Program-made: the position numbers and the translations under genes | Shown here: positions 12,423-23,658 of the stretch, in pieces | How positions within the stretch are numbered: the first letter of the stretch is position 1 | How the letters are laid out: the number at the start of each line of letters is the position of its first letter | Notes under the pieces: model-generated | Seen by the model: only the letters and a program-made list of their open reading frames with translations | What the model was told of the DNA's origin: nothing | Database searches by the model: none | DNA from: an uncultured cyanobacterium | GTDB lineage: Bacteria; Cyanobacteriota; Cyanobacteriia; Cyanobacteriales; Nostocaceae | Reading direction: 5' to 3' | Assembly: GCA_963740315.1 (NCBI GenBank) | Contig: CAVUDP010000003.1 | Span: 224,001-288,000, forward strand | Length of the DNA stretch: 64,000 nucleotides

Positions 12423-13745
12423 CTAAAACGACGACTGTAAACCCAGCGTTAATTGCCAATCGGTTTCCAATTGTGGCCCATCTAGATCGCGCAAAATAGG
12501 TAATTCAAATTCCATTGCTAAACGAGAGCCTTTCAAATTACCTTCGGGAGCATATAAATTCAAACCAAAACCTAAGTTAATTTGAGTACCGTTTCTCAAA
12601 TCTGGATCTGCTGTAGGAATCATCATCGGATTTAGTCTGTCATCAGCACCATCAATATCTCCCCAAGTTGCACCTGTTAACCGTAGCGAAGTACTCAACC
12701 AATCCGTCCAATTACGAGCAATCCAACCCGATAGCTGATATTGATTACCCAGACGATAACCGTTGTCATTTTTACCCAATCTGAATGTAGTTAAGGCTTG
12801 CGCTCCCCAAGAACCTTTATCTGATTGACCTAAGTAAGTAATTCCCGGTAACAAATCGAAAGTACCCGAACCTATCTGCATAGGATAGGGAAGTATCTGG
12901 TCATTACCTGCGGGGGTGTCGTCTTTTTCGTTAATTGAACCCGTGGGAAAACTAACGCCAAGGTTTAAATGTACGCGCTGTTTATCTTGATTAAAAATTG
13001 TATATAGCGCTGTAGTTTTGATATCTCCGAATCCTTCAGAATTGGTTGTGAAGCGCGTACCCATGCGGGTAAGATGCTCCATTTCCTTGGAAACATAAGG
13101 CACCATCGCCATTAAAGTAACATCATCGCTAACTGCGTACATTGCCCCAACCATATGCATTTGCATGGTCATATCTACGGGAGTAACCATGAAATCCTCT
13201 AAGACTTCGCGATCGCTAATACTATTTGTACCGTCGCGACTACCGTCCATGTCCATAAACATATAGCGGTAAGAGAACATAAACTCTCCTTTTTTATGAG
13301 TATGATCCCCCATGACTCCAATCGGTGCGTGTCCGTCAGGGCGGGCAGCAGACCATTTATTGAGGTCGCTATTACCATCGCTATCTGCTATTAATTTGTC
13401 GCCGTCTGATTCAGTTGATGTTGGATTATGAAAATTATTGGGTTCTCGTAAAGACGGATCGAAATCTGGTTTATTAAAATCTAAGTCAGCAGCTGAAGTA
13501 GAAATGACTGTATTTTTTTGATTTGTTAATTGAAATTGTTTATCTGACTGCTTAGATTCAATTAACTTCTTAACTAAACTGCGATTATCGGTTTTTATCT
13601 CTGCTCTTATATTTGTCAGATTTGATTCCGGTCTATTTTCTGCAATAGCTGTTAACGGAGTCAAAACAATACTAATAATAGTCAAACTAGATTCAAAATA
13701 ATTTAATTTCAATTTATAAACCCCAATTCGTAAGTAATTTGACAA
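12423..13745 (-). CDS. putative outer-membrane beta-barrel transporter
   Basis: HAPIGVMGDHTH motif, amphipathic beta strands, terminal Phe; start uncertain. Confidence 0.7.
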   Translation of the reverse strand: MSNYLRIGVYKLKLNYFESSLTIISIVLTPLTAIAENRPESNLTNIRAEIKTDNRSLVKKLIESKQSDKQFQLTNQKNTVISTSAADLDFNKPDFDPSLREPNNFHNPTSTESDGDKLIADSDGNSDLNKWSAARPDGHAPIGVMGDHTHKKGEFMFSYRYMFMDMDGSRDGTNSISDREVLEDFMVTPVDMTMQMHMVGAMYAVSDDVTLMAMVPYVSKEMEHLTRMGTRFTTNSEGFGDIKTTALYTIFNQDKQRVHLNLGVSFPTGSINEKDDTPAGNDQILPYPMQIGSGTFDLLPGITYLGQSDKGSWGAQALTTFRLGKNDNGYRLGNQYQLSGWIARNWTDWLSTSLRLTGATWGDIDGADDRLNPMMIPTADPDLRNGTQINLGFGLNLYAPEGNLKGSRLAMEFELPILRDLDGPQLETDWQLTLGLQSSF

Positions 13746-13855
13746 GATATACTATCAAATTGGAAATACATTTAACAAAAGACAGCTTGTCAAACTTGCC
13801 TATATTATCAAATCACTTGTAATAGACATAATGGTGATTTACACAATGCAAAAAG

Positions 13856-13884
13856 AAACCCAGTAACTTCAAGTTACCGGGTTT
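13856..13884 (-). terminator. hairpin terminator after L,D-transpeptidase gene
   Basis: AAACCCAGTAACTT/AAGTTACCGGGTTT stem with A-run on the + strand side. Confidence 0.65.
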
Positions 13885-13931
13885 ATGTTCTGTATTTATT
13901 TATTTTATCTATCAATAGAAACTTAAATTTC

Positions 13932-14441
13932 CTATTGTTGTACAACAACTGTAGTTCCTACCGATGCCCAATTAAATAATTTTTTGGCTTGATTCGGTGC
14001 TAAATTCACGCAACCATGACTAACCCGCGTACCAAAATTATTATGCCAGAATGCGCCGTGAATTCCATAACCACCTTGATAATACATAGTGTGAGGAACA
14101 TTGGGAATATCGTAGTCATCACCCTTCATCCGAGTTGACTTTAACTTTGTATAGATATTAAACACGCCAATCGGGGTAGGTGTAGCTTTTTTTCCTGTAG
14201 AAACAACAACTCCAAAAGCAGGTTTACCTCCTTCCCAAGCAATTAATCTTTGTTCTGACAAATCTACTTGAATCCAACGTTTATTGGAATTCTTCAACTG
14301 GCTAACTTTTTGGCTAACCTGTTGCATATTATTTGCTAAAGCCTGATTTGTAGGAACACTTACAGCACTAGCCGACAATGCTACAGCAGCTACAAAAGTT
14401 TTGAAATGCCGAATATACTGAGGTGAAATTAGTTTTTTCAT
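13932..14441 (-). CDS. L,D-transpeptidase (YkuD family)
   Basis: Signal peptide; GIHG...SHGCVNL catalytic motif. Confidence 0.92.
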   Translation of the reverse strand: MKKLISPQYIRHFKTFVAAVALSASAVSVPTNQALANNMQQVSQKVSQLKNSNKRWIQVDLSEQRLIAWEGGKPAFGVVVSTGKKATPTPIGVFNIYTKLKSTRMKGDDYDIPNVPHTMYYQGGYGIHGAFWHNNFGTRVSHGCVNLAPNQAKKLFNWASVGTTVVVQQ

Positions 14442-14542
14442 GGTAAATACTCTCAAATCTACTTGTTTTTTGTTTATTTTATTTTCTAACTGTATCTATT
14501 AGCTTATTTCTGTTATAAGTGATGAATTTATCTATTTCAATC

Positions 14543-15196
14543 TTACTTTAACTTTTGAATTAAAGCTTCTGCCCGTTGAGTTATTGAGTTCCAATCTCCA
14601 GACATAAGTAAATGTTTGGGAAATAACTCACTGCTTAATCCAATGGCGATCGCACCTGAAGAGATAAATTCTGCTGCGTTTTCTATAGTTACTCCTCCGG
14701 TAGGAATTAAGGGAATTTGTCCTAATGGTGCTTGCAAACTTTTGATATATCCAGTACCACCAACTGCTTGCACGGGAAACACTTTGACGCAGGTTGCACC
14801 CAGATTCCAAGCTGTAACAATTTCGGTGGGAGTTAACGCTCCAGGTATAACTGGTAACTTTTGTTTGAGGGCAGCTTGAATTATTGCTGAGTCCACATAA
14901 GGAGTAAAAATGAACTGCGCTCCTGCCTGTATTGCTATCTGCGTTTGTGACAAATTCAACAATGTACCCGTACCAATAATACAGTCGGGTAATTCCATGC
15001 GTAATTGTGCAATTAATTCCGAGGCTTGAGGAGTATTCCAAGTGATTTCAATTAACTGCATCCCAGCAGATGCGACAGCTAAAGCCATTTGTCGCGCTAA
15101 GTCTTTTCGATCGGCACGAATTACAGCAATAGCGCGATTTTTTTTTAAAAGTGTTAACCAAGGGGAATTGCGAATGGGGGATTGGGCATTGGGCAT
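14543..15196 (-). CDS. eda: KDPG/KHG aldolase
   Basis: IEIT, GTGT, PGALTPTE, VKVFP and PTGGV motifs. Confidence 0.9.
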   Translation of the reverse strand: MPNAQSPIRNSPWLTLLKKNRAIAVIRADRKDLARQMALAVASAGMQLIEITWNTPQASELIAQLRMELPDCIIGTGTLLNLSQTQIAIQAGAQFIFTPYVDSAIIQAALKQKLPVIPGALTPTEIVTAWNLGATCVKVFPVQAVGGTGYIKSLQAPLGQIPLIPTGGVTIENAAEFISSGAIAIGLSSELFPKHLLMSGDWNSITQRAEALIQKLK

Positions 15197-15475
15197 GGGG
15201 CTGAAGGGAATATTTTATTTAAAGTTGTTTTCGACCAAATTTATATTGTCTAAACCCGGTTTATTTTATTAAATTAGTTTCTAATATGATTAACTATTAA
15301 CTTATGTTATTTATTATTTAATTAAATAATAAAAATAGCGATCTATTAATATCAATTCCCTTTTATTTTCTGCTGTAGCGGAATTAACCCAAAATTTTAT
15401 CTTTTTTTTGGATTGAGTATGTATATATGTTGCCAAGGCGATCCAAACTAGGTAAATAAAGGCAATTTTGACAAT

Positions 15476-15666
15476 CTAGTACAGACGGGTGTAAGTCAGG
15501 TACCCATATAATAATCGGACATAAAGACCACAAAAAGACACGCGACGCTCCGGCTGAGAAGTCGGGTTTTTATAAAATTTGTAAGTGTATTACAGATACG
15601 TATTCTAAAAACCCGACTTCTGACTATTTAAAAAATGGGTGCGCTATTGAAGTCGTGTAGTACTAG
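15476..15666. mobile_element. MITE-like element, family 1 (long copy)
   Basis: CTAGTAC...GTACTAG termini; shares both ends with 9601-9726; internal 16-bp inverted repeat. Confidence 0.75.
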
Positions 15667-15686
15667 TCATTTATCTTTTATTTCGC

Positions 15687-16769
15687 ATGATTTACAAACA
15701 ATTTTTCCAAAAAAGCTTTATAGCCTCGGCTGTAGCAGCAATTCTAATTGGTGGAAGTAATTTAACTCAAACTTTTGCCCAAACCCCACCTACCTCAAAA
15801 ACCCAGCAATCCTTACCCACCTTTACTTTAAAAGGACATATATGGGATATTGAAGCTTTGGCTTTTAGTCCAGATGGACAAACTTTAGTCAGCGGTAGTT
15901 ACGACCACACCGTAAAAGTATGGAACCTCAAAAATGGTAAACTTATTACTACCCTTGATGGACACAAAGACGGTGTAAACGAGGTTGCCATAAGTCCCGA
16001 CGGACAACTATTTTTTACTGCTGGGGGAACAGCAGAGCCATCAACCAGCAAGGTAATTAAGGTATGGAGCATGAAAACCAAAAAGCTGCTTCGTACACTC
16101 AAAGGACATACTTTAGGAGTGACTTCCCTAGCGATCGCCCCAGATGGTAAAACTCTTGTTAGCGGTAGTTACGACAAAACAGTTAAACTGTGGAACCCGC
16201 AAACAGGTGCATTAATTCGTACCTTAACCGGACATACCAGCCCCGTGCGATCGGTTGCAATTAGCCCCGATGGAAAAACTCTCGCCAGCGGCGGCGGTTC
16301 CCTCAAAGGTGATTCCGACAAAACAGTTAAATTATGGAACCTGGAAACGGGAAAATTAATTAGCAGTATCAACGGAAACAATAACGTTATTAGCTTTATC
16401 GGCTTTACTCCCGACGGAAAATATCTTGTCAACGCCACAGATCCCAAAATTAACGTTTGGGATACGAGTACTGGTAAATTAGTTAATAGTTTTAGCGCAT
16501 CAGATATTGAAGGCATTACTTCCGTAACGTTAGGAAAAGATAGTAAAACCGCAGTCACAACCACATTAGATGGAGCAGTAACAATGTGGGATTTGACTAC
16601 CGGAAAAGCGATCGATACTTTAGTTGCAGCCGCCAACAATCCTCAAAATTACGACCAAATTTATCCTACCAGTACCGCTTTTAGTCCAGATGGTAAAACC
16701 ATTGCGATCGGTAATGGAGGTGGAGCTTATAATTCAAGTTTTCCAATTAATATTCGCCGGATGCCGTGA
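15687..16769 (+). CDS. secreted WD40-repeat protein
   Basis: Signal peptide; repeated GH...SPDG...D.TVKLWN units. Confidence 0.93.
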   Translation: MIYKQFFQKSFIASAVAAILIGGSNLTQTFAQTPPTSKTQQSLPTFTLKGHIWDIEALAFSPDGQTLVSGSYDHTVKVWNLKNGKLITTLDGHKDGVNEVAISPDGQLFFTAGGTAEPSTSKVIKVWSMKTKKLLRTLKGHTLGVTSLAIAPDGKTLVSGSYDKTVKLWNPQTGALIRTLTGHTSPVRSVAISPDGKTLASGGGSLKGDSDKTVKLWNLETGKLISSINGNNNVISFIGFTPDGKYLVNATDPKINVWDTSTGKLVNSFSASDIEGITSVTLGKDSKTAVTTTLDGAVTMWDLTTGKAIDTLVAAANNPQNYDQIYPTSTAFSPDGKTIAIGNGGGAYNSSFPINIRRMP

Positions 16770-16781
16770 ATAGTTGGGCAT

Positions 16782-16999
16782 GGGGAGATGGGGAGATGGG
16801 GAGATGGAGAGATGGGGTTCGGGGGAGTACTTCGACAAGTCTTACAGTGAGCTACGTCGAACTGCTCAGTAACCTTTGGGGAGATGGGGAGATGGGGAGT
16901 AGATAATTCGTAGTTTCTATTACAAATTACCAATTACCAATTACCAATTACCAATGCCCATTCACCGGAGGTGGGAGGTAGCCCAATGCCCCATGCCCA
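16782..16999. repeat. STRR-type short tandem repeats with an embedded 50-bp repeat unit
   Basis: (GGGGAGAT)n, (AATTACC)n and CCAATGC tracts between convergent genes. Confidence 0.85.
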
Positions 17000-17003
17000 A
17001 CCA

Positions 17004-17957
17004 TCACTTTTCATACTGCTCGTAAGCTGCGACGATGCGCTGTACTAAAGCATGACGGACGACATCTTTTTGAGAAAATTCACAAAAGGCTATGCCTTCT
17101 ACGTTTTTCAAAATTTGAAAAGCTGCTGATAATCCGGATTTTTGCTGTAATGGTAAATCGGTTTGCGTCATGTCACCTGTTACTACCATGCGAGAGCGAA
17201 AACCCAAACGAGTTAAAAGCATTTTCATCTGTGCTGGTGTGGTGTTTTGAGCTTCATCCACAATCACAAATGCATTGTTTAAAGTTCTTCCCCGCATATA
17301 AGCTAATGGTGCAACTTCAATTACGCCTTTTTCAATTAGCGATGGTACTTTATCGGGATCGATAAATTCGTTGATTGCATCATAAAGCGGACGTAGATAA
17401 GGATTAACTTTTTGCTGCAAGTCTCCGGGTAAAAAGCCGAGTTTTTCACCTGCTTCAACGGCTGGACGAGTTAAAATTAGTTTCTCATACTGATTATCCA
17501 GCAGTGCTTGGACGGCGACAACAACCGCCAAAAATGTTTTACCAGTGCCCGCAGGACCAATACAAAATGTTAAGTCACGCTTGCGTATTGCTTCAATATA
17601 CTGTCGCTGGCGAAAGGTTTTGGCTCGAATTTGTTCGCCACGACGAGTTTTAGCAAGTACATCCTTTTGTAATGTTTGCAGTTCATCAACTCGATCGGTA
17701 TCAAGGGCTTGACGCGCTGTTAAAATATCGGCGAGAGATAATATATTGCCTTTAGTCCAGATATCTTCTAAAGATTTCACCAATCGACGAACCAAGTCGA
17801 TTTGTTTTTCTGTACCGCTGACGTATAATTCTTGTCCCCGAAGTACTATCGTGGCTCCAGTTTGTCGCGATAGGGTTTTGAGGTTTTCTTCCTTGTTTCC
17901 CGCTAAGGCGATCGCACTTGGAATGTCGGGCAATTCTATTGTTATGGCATCTGCCAT
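17004..17957 (-). CDS. phoH: PhoH-family ATPase
   Basis: GPAGTGKT, RPAVEAGEKLGFLPGD, YMRGRT, DEAQN. Confidence 0.95.
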   Translation of the reverse strand: MADAITIELPDIPSAIALAGNKEENLKTLSRQTGATIVLRGQELYVSGTEKQIDLVRRLVKSLEDIWTKGNILSLADILTARQALDTDRVDELQTLQKDVLAKTRRGEQIRAKTFRQRQYIEAIRKRDLTFCIGPAGTGKTFLAVVVAVQALLDNQYEKLILTRPAVEAGEKLGFLPGDLQQKVNPYLRPLYDAINEFIDPDKVPSLIEKGVIEVAPLAYMRGRTLNNAFVIVDEAQNTTPAQMKMLLTRLGFRSRMVVTGDMTQTDLPLQQKSGLSAAFQILKNVEGIAFCEFSQKDVVRHALVQRIVAAYEQYEK

Positions 17958-18144
17958 AGTTTTTATTTTAGGTAAGCAGTAATTATTAACAAAAATGCTC
18001 CCTGGGGGAGACAAAGCTTATTTTCTAACCAATCGGTGTTTTTAAGCAATATTTCAATTAAGAAGGCTGTTTACTATCAGCCGTTTGGCTGATAGTTAAT
18101 AAAACACGAAAATCAAATAGGAAACAAGCAGGATATTGTTTCAA

Positions 18145-18588
18145 TCAAATGCGAATGCGGGGTTTAGTGAAATCGCTACTTCCGTCACCATTTTTTATTT
18201 TAGGCTTGGGCATTGGTAATGCTCTATCCCCTTCTTCGCTACTAGATGTAGATGCGGGTGCATCAACACGATCGTTACTACCGTAAATGTCTAGGTATGC
18301 CGATTGTCCGGCAGCGATCGCAGCCGCAGAAATCACAGTGCGAATAGCCTGAATGTTGCGTCCTCCACGACCAAACACTTTACCTTTATCTGCACTATCA
18401 AAAGCAATGCGAATCCAAGCTCGTTTGCTGCTAAGAGAAATTTCACAATCAACGCTTAAAGAGTCTGGAGATTCCAAAAACGGCTCTATCAAAAATTTTA
18501 CTAGACTAACGTAATCGGGAGTTGTACTGGGTTTGGTATTTATAACTTTATCAGGATGCAGTTTCTGCACGGACTTGTTCAAAAACAT
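18145..18588 (-). CDS. khpA: KH-domain RNA-binding protein (KhpA-like)
   Basis: [17 protein letters not shown]; lies between rpsP and phoH. Confidence 0.8.
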   Translation of the reverse strand: MFLNKSVQKLHPDKVINTKPSTTPDYVSLVKFLIEPFLESPDSLSVDCEISLSSKRAWIRIAFDSADKGKVFGRGGRNIQAIRTVISAAAIAAGQSAYLDIYGSNDRVDAPASTSSSEEGDRALPMPKPKIKNGDGSSDFTKPRIRI

Positions 18589-18811
18589 TATTTTTTTCTA
18601 AGATGCGACGCACGGTATCAGTTGGTTGAGCGCCCTGTTGTAACCGTTTGACAATGCCGGGAACGTCTAACTGTACGTCCTTGGTTCTAGGATTATAAAA
18701 CCCTAATTCTTCAAGTGGACGACCATCACGGCGAGCAAGATTATTGATGGCAATTATACGATAACTCGCTTCTCGCTTTTTACCAATTCGCTTTAGGCGC
18801 AGTTTAATCAT
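18551..18811 (-). CDS. rpsP: 30S ribosomal protein S16
   Basis: [12 protein letters not shown]...YRII...RDGR...LGFYNP. Confidence 0.98.
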   Translation of the reverse strand: MIKLRLKRIGKKREASYRIIAINNLARRDGRPLEELGFYNPRTKDVQLDVPGIVKRLQQGAQPTDTVRRILEKNNVFEQVRAETAS

Positions 18812-19065
18812 GATTTCTTGGTTATTCTCCTACTTTTAATGGGGTTGACGTACAACTACAGTTAGCGATAAATCTATCTAACATTATGGAAGCATTTCAC
18901 CTAAAACGGTGATGCTCGTCCGGCGTTAGGGAAGATATAATTTTCCCACAACCAGCAAATGATAATTTTAGCACTTGCACGGCTTTAAGCGCTATTTCTA
19001 CGACAATGCCCCCCAAGCGATATAATGTCGCTTGTTTAACCGTAATAGTAGCCCCTACAAATTAG

Positions 19066-21630
19066 ATGGATAATTTAGAAAAAAGCGGGTTTCGAGCGGT
19101 ATTTAAAAATATTGCAATTCTAATTCTGGTATTGGTTCTAACTTTAGCCGGATTGACTTCTTACACGGTTAGAAAATCTTTTCCTCAAAGCGGCAGGGTT
19201 ACGATTTCCGGACTTGAAAATGAAGTGAAAGTCCAGCGAGATGAATGGGGAATTCCGCAAATTTATGCCGCTTCTAACCACGATTTGTTTTTAGCGCAAG
19301 GTTACGTCCACGCTCAAGATCGTTTCTGGCAAATGGATTTTTGGCGACATATCGGTACCGGGCAATTGTCGGAAATGTTTGGTTCCTCGCAGTTGGACAA
19401 AGATCGGTTTCTGCGAACGATGGGATGGAAAAAGATCGCGCAGCAAGAATTTGCAACTTTAGATGTTAGTACGAAGGCAAATTTACAAGCTTATGCCGAA
19501 GGTGTAAATGCTTATTTGGCAAATCGTCAAGGTAGTGCTTTGAGTTTGGAATATGCCGTACTAAAACTTCTCAATCGCCAATATCGTCCGGAACCCTGGC
19601 AGCCAATCCACTCTATCTTATGGGGTAAAGTCATGGCTTACGACCTAAGTACGAATTTAGGTGACGAAATTGAACGGACTATTCTTTTAAAATCTTTCCC
19701 TAAAGCGCGAGTAGATGAACTTTTCCCGCTTTATCCTCAAAATTTTCCAGTAATTGCACCAGATTTCAAAGTAGCAAAAAAAGCAGTAGATCGTACTAAG
19801 GAAGATATCAATTTAGCTGCTTTAAAACAAATTACTCCTTCCTTAAAATCCATTGCCAGCAACGTAACTGCAATGGAAGAAATACTTGGGGCTACGGGAA
19901 TGGGTGTAGGTTCCAACAGTTGGACTATTTCCGGTAAACGCACGGCTACGGGTAAACCGATTTTAGCTGATGACCCGCATTTATCGGTGCAAATGCCTTC
20001 AATTTGGTATGAATTAGGTTTGCACTGTATTTCAATAAACGATTCAAATATCAAAAATTGTCCTTACAACGTTACAGGTTTTACCTTTGCCGGAGTACCT
20101 GGGGTAATTATCGGACATAATAACCGCATTGCTTGGGGCGTAACAAATGTGATGTCCGACACGATGGACTTATATATAGAAAAAATTAATCCTGAAAACC
20201 CCAATCAATATGAAGTGAATGGTAAATGGGTGGATATGCAGCTTGTGAAAGAAGAAATTCAAGTTGCTGGCGAGGAACCAGTAAATCAAATTGTCCGCTA
20301 CACTAAACACGGTCCGATTCTTTCCGATGTTGTACCTGCGTTAGAAAAATTCGGTGAAAATTCATCAGTTAAAATCCCGACAAATTACGCCGTTTCCTTG
20401 CGCTGGACTGCTTTAGAACCTTCCACATTGCTCGCTGCTTTACAAGAAATAAATCGCGCTCAAAATTGGCAGGAATTCCGCGCTGCTGGAAATAAATTTG
20501 ATATTGCGGCTCAGAATTTAATATATGCAGACGTTGATGGAAATATCGGCTATCAAATGCCCGGTAGAACTCCCATACGCAAACAAGGAGATGGACGTTA
20601 TCCGGTACCGGGTTGGAATAATAAATATGAATGGCAAGGCTATATTGATTTTGAGGAATTACCCCACAGTTTTAATCCAGCGCGAGGATATATTATTACC
20701 GCAAATAATGCCGTAGTTGACGAAAGTTATCCCTACGTGATTACCAAAGATTGGGTTCGCGGCTACCGTGCAAAACGGATTGAAGAAATAATTTCTAATG
20801 CAAATCGACCATTAACTTTAGCTGATATAAAATCAATTCAAGGTGATACTCTCGATCTTAATGCGCGGGATTTGATGCCCATATTAAAGTCGATTTCTTT
20901 TGATGATTCTCGGATTGAAAATGCGCGTCAATTATTACTAAACTGGGATTTTCAACTAAAAATAGAATCACCCGCATCCGCCATCTTTGAGACATTCTGG
21001 AAAAAATTGTTAGCGCTGACATTCAACGACGAGCTACCCCAAGATTACCATCCCGATGGTGGCGATCGCTGGTATGCTGTCATCAAAAATTTAGTCGAAC
21101 AACCGAATAATTTATGGTGGGACGATCGCAATACAGCAAAAGTGGAAAACCGAGATGAAATGTTCAAGCAAGCTTTAGTAGAAGCAGTTGATGAACTTGA
21201 AAATACTTTCGGTAGCAACCCACAAAAATGGACTTGGGGAAAGCTGCATAAAATCAACTTTCGCAACGTTACTTTAGGTAAATCCGGCGTAACTGCGATC
21301 GAAAGACTATTTAATCGAGGTACATATCAAACAGCAGGTGATGGAGAAACCATCAATGCCAACCGTTGGAAAGCCAATAATTCATCTTTTGAAGTTACTC
21401 ACATTCCTTCATTGCGGATGATTGTAGACTTAGGGAAATTCGATAATTCCCAAGCAATTCACAGCACCGGGCAATCGGGGCATGCATTCAATCGTCACTA
21501 CACCGACATGATTGAACCTTGGCGTAATATTCAATATCATTCTATGTTTTGGGAAAATAAGATTAATGGAAAGGCTGAATCAACATTATTTTTGATGCCA
21601 AGTCAATTATCAATGAACAATGAACAATGA
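19066..21630 (+). CDS. penicillin acylase family Ntn-hydrolase
   Basis: AQDRFWQMD, GSNSW nucleophile motif, DPHL; N-terminal TM anchor. Confidence 0.93.
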   Translation: MDNLEKSGFRAVFKNIAILILVLVLTLAGLTSYTVRKSFPQSGRVTISGLENEVKVQRDEWGIPQIYAASNHDLFLAQGYVHAQDRFWQMDFWRHIGTGQLSEMFGSSQLDKDRFLRTMGWKKIAQQEFATLDVSTKANLQAYAEGVNAYLANRQGSALSLEYAVLKLLNRQYRPEPWQPIHSILWGKVMAYDLSTNLGDEIERTILLKSFPKARVDELFPLYPQNFPVIAPDFKVAKKAVDRTKEDINLAALKQITPSLKSIASNVTAMEEILGATGMGVGSNSWTISGKRTATGKPILADDPHLSVQMPSIWYELGLHCISINDSNIKNCPYNVTGFTFAGVPGVIIGHNNRIAWGVTNVMSDTMDLYIEKINPENPNQYEVNGKWVDMQLVKEEIQVAGEEPVNQIVRYTKHGPILSDVVPALEKFGENSSVKIPTNYAVSLRWTALEPSTLLAALQEINRAQNWQEFRAAGNKFDIAAQNLIYADVDGNIGYQMPGRTPIRKQGDGRYPVPGWNNKYEWQGYIDFEELPHSFNPARGYIITANNAVVDESYPYVITKDWVRGYRAKRIEEIISNANRPLTLADIKSIQGDTLDLNARDLMPILKSISFDDSRIENARQLLLNWDFQLKIESPASAIFETFWKKLLALTFNDELPQDYHPDGGDRWYAVIKNLVEQPNNLWWDDRNTAKVENRDEMFKQALVEAVDELENTFGSNPQKWTWGKLHKINFRNVTLGKSGVTAIERLFNRGTYQTAGDGETINANRWKANNSSFEVTHIPSLRMIVDLGKFDNSQAIHSTGQSGHAFNRHYTDMIEPWRNIQYHSMFWENKINGKAESTLFLMPSQLSMNNEQ

Positions 21631-21693
21631 ACAGTTAATATAGGGCTAAATCTTACGGCGAGTGATAATTGATAACTGATAATTGATAATTGA

Positions 21694-23397
21694 TTAAAAC
21701 TTAAAAGTAGTCCGCATCAACCCCACCCAAATAGTACCGTTGTCTGCATTGTGTTCGGGATTAGTAATTACTACAACTCCGGGGGTGATAGAAATATTGT
21801 CATTTACCGGATAGTTATAAGATAGTTCAAAATGTAAAGAAGTATCTTTATCTTCGCGTTCCAAAATATCATTATTGGTTACTTTTGGAGGCATACCAAA
21901 AACAAAATTTAATTGACTACCTAATTTACCTAAATCCGGTAAAGCTGCCGTCACAGCCCAACTCCAAATATCAGCGTCGGCACCTTGAGAAGCATTTACA
22001 CTATTAACATTTGGTAAACCTTCTGCATTCGCAATCAAATAGCTACCCCAACCTCCCAAAATTAATTTATTACTTAATTTGTAAGTAAACTGCAAACCAA
22101 AACCGTTGGTAGAAGTTGCCGAATCTCCAAAAGGTAATTGAGCAAATCTACTACCTTTCCCTCCAGTTATATTAATGCTCGATTCCGGTTGCGGTGCATA
22201 ATAACGTCCATAAGTTAAGGCGATCGCTATTTTATCTGATGGGGTATAAGTTAACTGAGATAAGGAACTAAATTGATCGCCGAATAATCCCTCATTAACA
22301 TCGCTACCAGAAGTGGTGAAGTAACTGACACCAGCCGCTAATTCATCGGTAAATTTGTAATAAACGACTCCACCCGTACCAAATGCAAAAGCGTAAATCG
22401 GATTTTCGCTACCAAAAGTAGAAACTGAGGAAACGGGATTTAGTGAAGGGAAAATACGAGTCGGGAAACCTGCGATCGGTGCTATGACAATCGTACCGCG
22501 ATTATTCCCTATAGGAGATTCGTAATAAAGCGAAGCTAAATCAAACTCATTATCGGTGTTTGTTGCACCAATTAAGCTAATCATATCCGTACCAACAGCA
22601 CTTCGATCGAAACTGCTGATGTTACCAGCTTGTATAGTAGCTCGCAATAAATCTTTCCCCGTAAAACTAGTATCAAAATCCAGCACCGCACGAGATGAAA
22701 AGCTGACATTTTTTTTATCAAAACTTTCTCTTTGATTTTCTCCCGGTGCCGCTCCTTTCACATCTCCAAAAGCTTTAATTAGATAAAAATCTACCGTACC
22801 ATTTAAAGTTGTAGTAGTGCTAAATTGGTTTTTTTCAATAGAGGTAACTTGTTCTTCTAATTTATCTACTCTATTATTTACCTCCCGTAATTCATTCACA
22901 AATTCTTTTTGTACTCTATCTAGAACCGTTAAATCTTCCAACTTGAGTAAATTGTTACTCGAATTAGCTATTTTTCCTTCAATCGTGGAAAGACAAGCAT
23001 TAAAAGCTGCTGCAAACTCATAACGAGTCATAGCGCGAGATCCATTAAACTCATTTCCCGAACCGCTGATGCAGCCGTACTTTTCAACTAAACTACGCAA
23101 AGCTTCATAAGCCCAATGCTGGGGACTAACATCTTGTAAGCGATCGACATCCGTAACTTTATCTAAATATATTTGCCCTTGGCTATATTTTTGAGTAAAA
23201 TTATTTGTATTTGTAACGGGATTATCTTGTTTATTTAGAGTAGTAAAAGTTTCTCGTTCGTCAATTAATTCATAATTGTTTTGAAAATCTATTGAATTAT
23301 CAACAGTTTTTTCATCAGCCTTAGCTGGAAATAAAAGTAATAAGTTAGCACATATAATAACTGAAGTAAACGGTAATACATTGATAACTTTTTTCAT
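21694..23397 (-). CDS. cyanobacterial porin (SLH + OprB-like barrel)
   Basis: DVSPQHWAYEAL SLH motif, TRYEFAA, QFSTTTTL, terminal RTTFKF. Confidence 0.92.
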   Translation of the reverse strand: MKKVINVLPFTSVIICANLLLLFPAKADEKTVDNSIDFQNNYELIDERETFTTLNKQDNPVTNTNNFTQKYSQGQIYLDKVTDVDRLQDVSPQHWAYEALRSLVEKYGCISGSGNEFNGSRAMTRYEFAAAFNACLSTIEGKIANSSNNLLKLEDLTVLDRVQKEFVNELREVNNRVDKLEEQVTSIEKNQFSTTTTLNGTVDFYLIKAFGDVKGAAPGENQRESFDKKNVSFSSRAVLDFDTSFTGKDLLRATIQAGNISSFDRSAVGTDMISLIGATNTDNEFDLASLYYESPIGNNRGTIVIAPIAGFPTRIFPSLNPVSSVSTFGSENPIYAFAFGTGGVVYYKFTDELAAGVSYFTTSGSDVNEGLFGDQFSSLSQLTYTPSDKIAIALTYGRYYAPQPESSINITGGKGSRFAQLPFGDSATSTNGFGLQFTYKLSNKLILGGWGSYLIANAEGLPNVNSVNASQGADADIWSWAVTAALPDLGKLGSQLNFVFGMPPKVTNNDILEREDKDTSLHFELSYNYPVNDNISITPGVVVITNPEHNADNGTIWVGLMRTTFKF

Positions 23398-23658
23398 TAA
23401 TCTGGACTTGCACTTAATTACTTCAAAACAATACTATTTTTATTCAATAAAGAAACATTTGTCTACAAAAATATTAAAACAAAACTATAAATATTCAATT
23501 TTTAGTAATCCAATTAGCATTTATGAAAATTAAAAACCTGCTTTCCCTATGTCCAATCCCCCATGCCCTATTCCCCATCCAAAATTGTATCCTGGTATAA
23601 AAATTAATCATTCAACTATCCGCTATATTTACGGTGTAGTTGACTGGGGACTAAAAAA

